Both the position numbers and the translations under genes were made by a program. The notes under the pieces were generated by a model. It saw only the letters and a program-made list of their open reading frames with translations. It was not told where the DNA came from and searched no databases. From Bacilli bacterium (lineage in GTDB: Bacteria > Bacillota_I > Bacilli_A > RFN20 > CAG-826): a stretch of DNA of 56,798 bases. Location of the stretch: assembly GCA_024408435.1 (NCBI GenBank), contig JAKSVA010000001.1, positions 1 to 56,798 on the forward strand, given 5' to 3'. Shown here one piece after another: positions 37,068 to 45,124 of the stretch. Every line of letters begins with the position of its first letter. The first letter of the stretch is position 1.

Positions 37068-38205
37068 AGTAATTAGAATTACTCAACAAGGCAATGTTTT
37101 TTATGTAGGAAAAATGAAGGCTGCAAATCTTGTAAAAATTGCTACAACAAAAATTAGGCGGCCTAAAACGCATGACCAATACAAGACTTTTTTACAAGAA
37201 ATAGATGAAATTGTTAACAAAGAAATAGCTCAAGGTGATGTTTGGTATCTGAGGGAATTCGAACGAGATGCCAACATACAGAGAAAGGAGAGCAAAAAAA
37301 GATTAATAGAAATCGGGAAAGACATAGAAAAAATCAATAATATTTTCCCAAATGCTATTATTTGCAATATTTCACCTTTAGATGAATGCAATGGCGATGA
37401 AATAGTGAAAATTAGTGAAAACGGCACTGTTTTAGAATTTGATGAAAATAAAGTAGAATTTAGTATTATAGACGGCCAACATAGACTAGGCGGTTTTAAT
37501 TATACAAGTGATGTACAAAAATATTTGAATGATTACGATCTCGTTGTCTCCATAATGATAGGTTTAAAACCAGCACAACAAGCAGAATTATTTGCCACTA
37601 TAAACGGAAAACAGAAACCTGTAAACAAATCTATTTTATATGATTTGTCTGCTATGTCGAAAGATGAATATACTGAACAAGTTTTAGCCCATTTAATTAC
37701 TACCTGGCTCAATATGCATGAACAATCACCTTTATATAGAAAAATCAAAATGCTTGGTTCTGGGGAGGGTACCATTTCACAAGCTGCCATGATTGATGCT
37801 ATTCAGCCTCTTTTTTCTGATAGAAATTATCGTTCATCGTTTGATGCTCCAGTTTTACGCGAACTATATTTAAAACATGATATAAAAGGCATAGTGCAAA
37901 TCATATATGACTATTTATCAATTTTTATAACTTATTTTGGATGTAAAGAATTTGATCATCCGATTTATATGAAATCTACTGGCATCGGTGGTTTATTAAA
38001 AGCTTTTCCAACTCTATATTCTGAATTCTATGATAAGACTAAGACTCGAACCGAAAACATTTCAATTCTTAAATCAAAAATGTACACTGTTCTTGAGCAT
38101 TTTGTACCAACTTCTAATAAATACCCAGGCGGAGGTGCTTCTGTTCAAAAACGTTTCGCTGAAGATTTAATCGCGTTGTTGTGTTCTAACTCAAATGTCG
38201 TTTGA
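37057..38205 (+). CDS. DGQHR-domain protein (DndB-like, ParB/Srx-fold superfamily)
   Basis: 382 aa. It has the literal motif FSIIDGQHRLGGF, plus upstream IQRKESKKRL...FPNAIICN and downstream QAELFATINGKQKPVNKSILYDL, as in DndB-like proteins. Confidence 0.8.
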   Translation: MKIEVIRITQQGNVFYVGKMKAANLVKIATTKIRRPKTHDQYKTFLQEIDEIVNKEIAQGDVWYLREFERDANIQRKESKKRLIEIGKDIEKINNIFPNAIICNISPLDECNGDEIVKISENGTVLEFDENKVEFSIIDGQHRLGGFNYTSDVQKYLNDYDLVVSIMIGLKPAQQAELFATINGKQKPVNKSILYDLSAMSKDEYTEQVLAHLITTWLNMHEQSPLYRKIKMLGSGEGTISQAAMIDAIQPLFSDRNYRSSFDAPVLRELYLKHDIKGIVQIIYDYLSIFITYFGCKEFDHPIYMKSTGIGGLLKAFPTLYSEFYDKTKTRTENISILKSKMYTVLEHFVPTSNKYPGGGASVQKRFAEDLIALLCSNSNVV

Positions 38206-38301
38206 GTATCTTCTCTAATGTAGAACATCGATTTGAATGAGAGAGGGATGCACATTCACTACGCAAAATAAGCAAGCTATCATATGAAGTAGGAGAACAT
38301 T

Positions 38302-39456
38302 ATGGGCATTGTACTGAAAGATAAAATGACTAGAACAAATTTGTTGAATAAGACAAAAGATTTTATTCTTGTTTTAAATTCAAATTTAAACACTAAAAAA
38401 GAAACAAAACCATACGAAACAAAAGTTTTCTTTGAAACTGTTGATTTCATTGATTTAGAAATAAAACGAATTAATAAATTTGAATTTGATAAATTTGAAT
38501 CATTCAATGAACAGTATAAGAAATATTATGAAACCAGATTTCTTAATATCGAAAGCACATGTTATCTTATCTTAAATATGAATAAGCAAACAAACATTTC
38601 AGTTATAATTAATTGCCTTAATAATTTGAAAAATGCTATAGGTATTGATTCAAATTATTCTTTATTTGAAAAATTTAGATATGGTAATTCTAATTATGTT
38701 TTGTTTGGAAAAAACGGCGCTGGTAAAACTACTCTTTTAAAATATCTTAGAATCAACCTGATTAATTCTAATGTACATTTTGCTCAAGCGGCTAGAAATG
38801 TTAACTACTCTATAGATAATGCGTGGTACAATCCTTTTCAAAACAATTTAGATAACGTCTTAAATGGGGTAGAAGATAATAAAGCTATGTTGCTTTTATC
38901 ACTTTGCATGTTGAAGCAAGAGAGACGTGAATTGGAAGGCGGAATAGAAAGCGAAAACACTATATTAAATAAATTTTGTAAGATGTTTAATTCGTTAGGT
39001 CTTGATAGAAACATCGAGATTAATGAAAAAGATGAATTAAAGCTTGTTCCTCCGGGTGAAAATAGCTACTCTTTTTCTAATGCATCTGATGGCGAAAAAA
39101 CGATTGCTTATTTTATAATGCTTACACTTTTGGCAGCAAAAAATTCTTTCATATTTATTGATGAGCCTGAAAACCATTTAAATGGTTCATTAATGATCAA
39201 ATTGTTTGACTTACTTGAATCAAGTCGACAAGATGTTAAGTTCGTTTATTCAACTCATAATATAAATTTTGTAAAAAGCAGAAACAATTGTGAACTCGTA
39301 TATTTGCAAAAAACATCTAAATTAAATCATTGGGAATTTAAAACAATTTCTATGATTAACGATTTACCCTACAATGTAATCTTAAATATTGAAGGAACCA
39401 ATGATAATGTTTTGCTGTGTGAAGGCACAACTCTTCTTATGATGAACAATTACTAA
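38302..39456 (+). CDS. ABC-like (AAA_15/21-type) ATPase with a ~130-aa N-terminal extension; its C-terminus carries the first Toprim motif
   Basis: It has Walker A FGKNGAGKTTLLKYL, a signature-like ASDGEKT and Walker B FIFIDEPENHL. The last residues NVLLCEGTT resemble the (V/L)EG start of a Toprim/DUF4435 domain. An AGGAG RBS is present. Confidence 0.75.
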   Translation: MGIVLKDKMTRTNLLNKTKDFILVLNSNLNTKKETKPYETKVFFETVDFIDLEIKRINKFEFDKFESFNEQYKKYYETRFLNIESTCYLILNMNKQTNISVIINCLNNLKNAIGIDSNYSLFEKFRYGNSNYVLFGKNGAGKTTLLKYLRINLINSNVHFAQAARNVNYSIDNAWYNPFQNNLDNVLNGVEDNKAMLLLSLCMLKQERRELEGGIESENTILNKFCKMFNSLGLDRNIEINEKDELKLVPPGENSYSFSNASDGEKTIAYFIMLTLLAAKNSFIFIDEPENHLNGSLMIKLFDLLESSRQDVKFVYSTHNINFVKSRNNCELVYLQKTSKLNHWEFKTISMINDLPYNVILNIEGTNDNVLLCEGTTLLMMNNY

Positions 39457-39473
39457 CGGTCCTTTATCCAAAT

Positions 39474-40142
39474 TTGAAAGTTATATCTAGTGATGGGTGC
39501 GATAGAGTAATTAATACAACAAAAACTATTAATTTTTATTCGAGCGAATTAAGAAAAAAGGCTTTTGGAATTATTGACAATGATTTCAGAGAACATGATG
39601 ATATAGTTGCCCTAAGGGAAGATAATATTTTTGTACTTCCTTACAACGAAATTGAAAATATGTTTTTACTCGAGCCTTGTTTGGCTTTAATGAAAAAACA
39701 TTTGTTTGTAGATAGTGCTATTGATAATATCAAGTTTTCTATTATAAAAATTATTGAAAGCAAGAAAAAACATATACTAAGTGATTTTGCTTCAAAAACT
39801 ATTAGAACTATATATAAACGAAATAAGTTAGATGATATTAATCATTTAGAAGAATCTCTAAATAGTTTAAATACTAAAAATAATGGAATATTTTTAGCAA
39901 AATATTCATCATTTAAGAATGCGCTAGATCAAAATATTATATTAAACAATTATGATAGTTTAATGAAACTAGTTCCTGGAAAAATGATTATTGCTGATAT
40001 TGCTGCCATTTACAAAATGTCTGATGCGAAAAGTTACATTAAATTGCTACTTAGTAAATTAAGATTCGATGAAGCTTTGAAAGAAAAATTAAGGTCTTTT
40101 GTCGATATACCCAATATTTTCAAACCGAAGCAATTATCTTAA
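39474..40142 (+). CDS. DUF4435/Toprim-like domain protein (OLD/AriB-like), probably the frameshifted continuation of the upstream ATPase
   Basis: GIIDNDFREHDD gives the Toprim DxD. The frame is open back to 39423 (RHNSSYDEQLLTVLYPNLKV...). The track start is TTG with no RBS. Confidence 0.6.
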   Translation: MKVISSDGCDRVINTTKTINFYSSELRKKAFGIIDNDFREHDDIVALREDNIFVLPYNEIENMFLLEPCLALMKKHLFVDSAIDNIKFSIIKIIESKKKHILSDFASKTIRTIYKRNKLDDINHLEESLNSLNTKNNGIFLAKYSSFKNALDQNIILNNYDSLMKLVPGKMIIADIAAIYKMSDAKSYIKLLLSKLRFDEALKEKLRSFVDIPNIFKPKQLS

Positions 40143-40148
40143 GTTTTC

Positions 40149-40892
40149 TTAATGTCCGCTTTTATCTTCATTGCGTTTAATGAATTCAGGATCTTTAGTG
40201 GCTTCTAACATTCCTTTTCTATATTCATCATTTCTAATGTTATGCTTATAAATCATTAATTCAGTTAAGGTTGCGTAGATAAGTTTTCTTTTAGTGCTTG
40301 TATAATATTTTGTATAACATAGTAATTTCTCAATATCTATATGATATTTCTTAAGTAAATTACATAATATGATTTTATATTCTTTATCATCTACATCTAT
40401 GTTAGCGTCATATTTATTTGAAATTACATCAAGAAACATAAAATATTTATAATTCTCATTATTAATTTTTAATGGAGGTTTTATTAATGTAAGGTCCTTA
40501 GTGTTTCTTAATAAAGTTGTTCGATAATTATTAGTGACAATATACATTTTAGTAGACATTTGAGTGGATAATCCTAATTGGTTAATAAGACCAGGACCAG
40601 TCTCATATCCAATTCTTTCACCTTTTTTGTTAACTATGCATAGACGAGATATTAATTCGAATTCATTAATGCCGGTTTTACCAAATGGAGTATCAACGCT
40701 TTTATAAAAGATACCTTTTTGATATCTATTAATATTATCGTTTTGATCAATATAACGACTAATGTATTCCATAACTACATCATAAGGAATCGTTTCATGT
40801 GAATTTACATAGTCATATACATCTTTTGAAAAGATTGGTTTACTAGTTCCTTGCTTATTAATGTATTTCTTAATATTTCTCATTACATCCAT
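40149..40892 (-). CDS. AbiEi-like / DUF6088-type putative antitoxin-transcriptional regulator
   Basis: 247 aa. RYQKGIFYKSVDTPFGKTGINEFELI and GYETGPGLINQLGLSTQMSTKMYIVTNN resemble DUF6088/AbiEi_4 proteins. The C-terminal tail matches the small ORF at 19477. Confidence 0.55.
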   Translation of the reverse strand: MDVMRNIKKYINKQGTSKPIFSKDVYDYVNSHETIPYDVVMEYISRYIDQNDNINRYQKGIFYKSVDTPFGKTGINEFELISRLCIVNKKGERIGYETGPGLINQLGLSTQMSTKMYIVTNNYRTTLLRNTKDLTLIKPPLKINNENYKYFMFLDVISNKYDANIDVDDKEYKIILCNLLKKYHIDIEKLLCYTKYYTSTKRKLIYATLTELMIYKHNIRNDEYRKGMLEATKDPEFIKRNEDKSGH

Positions 40893-41048
40893 ATGTTATA
40901 TTATTGTAATTATTTTATATAATATTTCAACAAAAACATAATTTTGTGTATTGACTTTACTATGTAATCAATTTAATATAGTGATACAGAGCCCACCACG
41001 CATAAGGCACATTCGTGTGTACTGCGAACCAGGGTGGGACATTTTATT

Positions 41049-41891
41049 ATGAAGTTACCATTGATTTTATCTGATTATCCAAATTTATCCGTTGATGACA
41101 TCAACAAGGTTAGCCGTTTTCTTTCTACTAAATGTAGTGAGTATCGTTTTATTGATTTTATGCGTTGCTCAAATGGTAATGTTAAGGATGCTATCGAGTT
41201 CTTTAAATTTGATGATGCGCTAAGAGCACTATTAATTCAATATTTAATTCGTTTTGAGATACAAGTTAAAACCGATTTCATAAAAGAAGTAGAAACCGCA
41301 ACTAGTTCTAATTCATTTTGGGATAATCCTTCGTATTATTTCAAAAGTTCTACCATTCCATATTATCCTGATGGCAAATCAAAGTTTGACAAAATAAAAG
41401 AAGATATAACTCAAAACTTAAAAAGATATGCCTTTAATACACCTGGTCCATCTGATTACCGAGCATTAATGTTTTCTTCTTTTGGCTCGTTCCACAATCT
41501 ATTTAAAAATATAGATCTTCCTTACAAGAAAAAATTTATTGATAGATATACTATAAAGTTACCAGTACATAACTATTATGTATTAAATGGATATTTTTCA
41601 GCTATTCAAGCTATTAGAAATCGATGTGCACACGGAAACCATATTGTTACAATAAAGCTAAAAAATCAATTAAACGCTCATATTAACTTAATTCATAAGA
41701 TGAATTCTCCTATGCCAAAAATAAACATTTCTGTCTTTGATGCGGTTCTTATATTTTTAATAAATGTCCTAAACTGCGGTGGAGAATTTAAAGGCAAATT
41801 AAAGAAGATTATTACCAAATACAGTGGCGTTTTATTTAGATATCCTGGTAACTATGTATTCTCACCAAATATAATAAATAAAATTTTGTAA
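41049..41891 (+). CDS. Abi_2 (AbiD/AbiF-like) family protein, HEPN-type with an Rx4H motif
   Basis: FSAIQAIRNRCAHGNHIV (R-x4-H) and the N-terminal FKFDDALRALLIQYLIRFEIQVKTDF are typical of Abi_2. The ATG at 41049 is preferred over the GTG at 41034. Confidence 0.75.
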   Translation: MKLPLILSDYPNLSVDDINKVSRFLSTKCSEYRFIDFMRCSNGNVKDAIEFFKFDDALRALLIQYLIRFEIQVKTDFIKEVETATSSNSFWDNPSYYFKSSTIPYYPDGKSKFDKIKEDITQNLKRYAFNTPGPSDYRALMFSSFGSFHNLFKNIDLPYKKKFIDRYTIKLPVHNYYVLNGYFSAIQAIRNRCAHGNHIVTIKLKNQLNAHINLIHKMNSPMPKINISVFDAVLIFLINVLNCGGEFKGKLKKIITKYSGVLFRYPGNYVFSPNIINKIL

Positions 41892-41948
41892 CACATTTCA
41901 CTTTCTATTGTGTATAATACTAATTAGATGACCGGGTTTTTACCGGCC

Positions 41949-41973
41949 GCGGGCGAGAGCCCGCTTTTCTTTT
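41949..41973 (+). terminator. Rho-independent terminator after the Abi_2 gene
   Basis: The stem is GCGGGC-GAGA-GCCCGC (41949..41964), followed by TTTTCTTTT. Confidence 0.8.
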
Positions 41974-41989
41974 ACTAAACTAAAAACAC

Positions 41990-42056
41990 ACAATCCTAAC
42001 TTCATTATCATAGGGTGGGGGTTTGCTCCCTTTGTTTTGTTAATACAAAAAAGAGG
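41990..42056 (-). repeat. Degenerate third copy of the imperfect-hairpin repeat family (junction copy 3)
   Basis: AATCCTAACTTCATTATCATAGGG resembles the reverse complement of 26766..26790 (CATCCTAACTTCGTTATCAT-GGG). It is followed by a pyrimidine arm, loop and purine arm: CCCTTTGTTTTG-TTAATA-CAAAAAAGAGG. Confidence 0.45.
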
Positions 42057-42075
42057 TACACTTAAATTTGTTTTA

Positions 42076-42146
42076 TTATTGCTTTGTTTAGATTAGAAAA
42101 AAGATGGATAAGGAATATTAAAAGTTATACTTTTTATTGATAAAAG
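42076..42146 (+). repeat. Remnant duplicate of the promoter-proximal region and first codons of the sugar transferase gene (direct repeat of 45094..45165)
   Basis: TTATTGCTTTGTTTAGATTAGAA..AAGATGGATAAGGAATAT(T)AAAGTTATAC aligns with the sequence around the 45125 start codon at roughly 60 of 70 positions. Here ATG GAT AAG GAA TAT is followed by TAA. Confidence 0.8.
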
Positions 42147-42147
42147 A

Positions 42148-43827
42148 TTATTTAGTAATTCCGGTAATTAATTCCACGGCTTTTCTTTCATTTTCTATAT
42201 CAGTAAATGCTTCAAAAATGATTGGTTTATTAATAGAAGAATCTAAGAACTTTTTAAGATTAGAGAGAAACTCTTTTTTATTATGAGCGGAGAGATATTC
42301 AAATCCTAGATTTTTAGCGTAGTCTCTCACTAATGTTTTTGATTTATTTCCATTATGACCACCAGCGGCAATAAATTCATTAATTTTATTACTATCACCT
42401 GCAAATATTTTATAGGCACGATGAAGAGCTAAATTAAACTCAACTCCGCATCCATTGTTTATTAATAATATTCTAAGGTTTTTATTAATATTATGATTCG
42501 CTAAGATATTAAGACTATAAAAGAATGCTAAATCACCCATAATCCCATAACAAGGAGTGTTAGGATTCGCTAGTGAAAAACCTAACAATGTAGGAATAAC
42601 CCCATCAATTCCTCTACAACCGGTATTAGCCCAAATAACTGGATTATTCTTAAATTCAAAAAATGTGTAGGATCTCATGGTATTACTAAGTCCTAACTCA
42701 AGAAGATAGTTATGAGGAAAAACTTGACTTACCTGTTTAGCCATCCAAACATTAGAAAAAGGAAGTTCAGGAATTAGTGAATAAAACGAATTAACTTCCT
42801 TCTTGAGATATTTAAAATACTCATTATTAGAAATTTTCGAATCTTTATTTTTAATATAGTAAGAGAAAAAATCAATTTCTCTCATTTTAAAAGTATTAGT
42901 TAAATTAGAGAAAGTGTCTCTAATTTCACCATCTTCACTAATTCGCCATGTTTCTTTAGCTTTACCTTGAATCCATCCATTAGTGAAATAATCAGCATGT
43001 TCCTCGCCAATATGAATTAATAAATCCATTTCTAAATTTTTTATCTTACATAATCTTTGTGAAGTTAAGATAGTTGGTAATACGCGATATTTTCCATAAT
43101 AGTGGCTAGAATGATCTACTAAAACCACTCCATTATAAATTTTACAAAATCTATCAATAGCGTTACTTAATATAGGTGACATGATTTTATGAGCGCCGAT
43201 GATAATCCCAACTCTTTTTGCTTTTATACGAGGAAGTTCATCATATACATAATAACGTCTCATGATTCTAGTGCTTGATAAATCAGCATCCACAAACGTA
43301 TCACTAAAATTACTGGCTAAATCTATATGAATAGGGCCACCACCATCTTTATAACATTCTAGAATTGCTCTATTTAATTTAATAGTAGCCTGGTATAAGT
43401 CAGCGTCACTTCTCACGATTGGAACTTGCACACTCATTTTTACTAAATCCGAAGGATGTTTATCTCTTTCAATATATTGAGTTGCTAAATTACCACTTTT
43501 ATTAAAATCTTGCGAAGCAGTTACAGCAATAACGGGAATCTTCCGATGATAAGCTTCGGTAAGAGAAGAATAATAGTTTCTCGATGCCGTAGCTCCAGTA
43601 CAAGTAATTACTGCTGGTTGTCCAGTACTAGTTGCTAAACCAAGCGCAATATAACCAGCGCCTCTTTCGTCGATAGCTGAATATAATTTAAAATAACCAT
43701 CATTGATTAAACTCACAACAAAATTGATATTAGTGGTCCCTGGACTAATGACAACATTTTTAATGTGATGTGCTTTTAAAATGGCAATCAATATTTGCAC
43801 ATTTTTTTCGATTGAGTACTTTTTCAT
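42148..43827 (-). CDS. Thiamine-pyrophosphate-dependent enzyme (MenD/acetolactate synthase superfamily) in a glycan locus
   Basis: 559 aa. The N-terminal PYR domain has VVISPGTTNINFV...DERGAGYIALGLA. The C-terminal TPP motif is GIMGDLAFFYSLNIL...LLINNGCG (GDx...NN). Confidence 0.75.
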   Translation of the reverse strand: MKKYSIEKNVQILIAILKAHHIKNVVISPGTTNINFVVSLINDGYFKLYSAIDERGAGYIALGLATSTGQPAVITCTGATASRNYYSSLTEAYHRKIPVIAVTASQDFNKSGNLATQYIERDKHPSDLVKMSVQVPIVRSDADLYQATIKLNRAILECYKDGGGPIHIDLASNFSDTFVDADLSSTRIMRRYYVYDELPRIKAKRVGIIIGAHKIMSPILSNAIDRFCKIYNGVVLVDHSSHYYGKYRVLPTILTSQRLCKIKNLEMDLLIHIGEEHADYFTNGWIQGKAKETWRISEDGEIRDTFSNLTNTFKMREIDFFSYYIKNKDSKISNNEYFKYLKKEVNSFYSLIPELPFSNVWMAKQVSQVFPHNYLLELGLSNTMRSYTFFEFKNNPVIWANTGCRGIDGVIPTLLGFSLANPNTPCYGIMGDLAFFYSLNILANHNINKNLRILLINNGCGVEFNLALHRAYKIFAGDSNKINEFIAAGGHNGNKSKTLVRDYAKNLGFEYLSAHNKKEFLSNLKKFLDSSINKPIIFEAFTDIENERKAVELITGITK

Positions 43828-43919
43828 ATGCTTTAATATTATAACATTAAATGTTTATTTACTAATAAACAACCACGCTATTTTGCCAACAATAAATAGT
43901 TTTTTTATATAAGGTGTGA

Positions 43920-45017
43920 CTATTTATTATCAAATAATTCTTTTAGAAGTTTTTTTGACTCATTAATATAGGAAGATAATGTTTGATTAATCGCATCATA
44001 ATCGACTTTTTCATCTACGCTAGTTAAATTATTGATTTCTAGATGAGAAAGATTTAGTCTTTTTGATAAATCCGCTAATCTAGGATTAACATTTGCTTTT
44101 TTCTTGGCTAATTCATAATAAAAATTCTTTTTAAATATCAAACTAAAAGCCATGCCATGAAAAGAAGTTGTTACCACATATTGTGCATTCAATATGAGTT
44201 CTAATAAATCTCTAGGGCCAACTCCATAGAGATTAATCATCTGTTTAGGATAATGTATTGTGTTGTAATAATTTACATATAGAATCTTATAACCTGTTTT
44301 TTTACTTAATTCCAAAGCAAATTTATTCGCGTATTTTTGTTTTACCATGTAGTAAACAAGTATGTACTTTCCATATTTAGTTGTATTACTTAGATTAAAT
44401 TCTTTTATCCACTCATCTTTTGATAATAAAAAAACAGAATCACAATTAACTGAAACATTCTTATTAATTCCTAATGAATTTAAAATTAATGTTCCGCTAG
44501 ATTCGCGAGTAGAGAAGTTATTATAATGGCTTATCTTTGCTTGGATAGTTTTCATTAACTTATTAGAAAATGATGATCGACCAAAACTTGCTGCATAAGA
44601 ATATTTCTTACTATCATCGGCAAAATCAAGGAAATAAGTATAATCAAATCTATTAATATAAGGGTTCCACACTTGATCACTACCAGAAATAAAGTAATCA
44701 AAACTAGAATTAGCGTTCTTAATAGATTTCAAGTCATAACTATCACTTAAATCGAATTGGTTGTTCTTAAAATGTTCAAATTTTTCAAAAGTTTCGTTTT
44801 TGCCCGAAAATGATTTAGTAAATAGATGTAATTTTGTCATCAACCTACGGAAAAAGAGTTTTGTTGTTCCGTAATATTCCCTATCCACTGATTTAGAATG
44901 ATAATCAACAATTTTGGTATCATAAATTGTTTTTAAAAAAGTTTGTAAGGCAAACGCTTGTAACATCGCTCCATAGTTATGCGCTCTATGAAATGTGACT
45001 ATTCCGACTTTTTTCAT
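43920..45017 (-). CDS. Polysaccharide pyruvyl transferase family protein
   Basis: MKKVGIVTFHRAHNYGAMLQAFALQ and VVTTSFHGMAFSLIFKKNF are typical of the family. Confidence 0.8.
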   Translation of the reverse strand: MKKVGIVTFHRAHNYGAMLQAFALQTFLKTIYDTKIVDYHSKSVDREYYGTTKLFFRRLMTKLHLFTKSFSGKNETFEKFEHFKNNQFDLSDSYDLKSIKNANSSFDYFISGSDQVWNPYINRFDYTYFLDFADDSKKYSYAASFGRSSFSNKLMKTIQAKISHYNNFSTRESSGTLILNSLGINKNVSVNCDSVFLLSKDEWIKEFNLSNTTKYGKYILVYYMVKQKYANKFALELSKKTGYKILYVNYYNTIHYPKQMINLYGVGPRDLLELILNAQYVVTTSFHGMAFSLIFKKNFYYELAKKKANVNPRLADLSKRLNLSHLEINNLTSVDEKVDYDAINQTLSSYINESKKLLKELFDNK

Positions 45018-45124
45018 TACTGAATATTATAACAAATCTTTTCTTTATTACTTTAATAACCTAATATAAAAAGCGTACTTAAAAACATTTTGCTTATTAC
45101 TTTGTTTAAATTAGAATAATTAAG

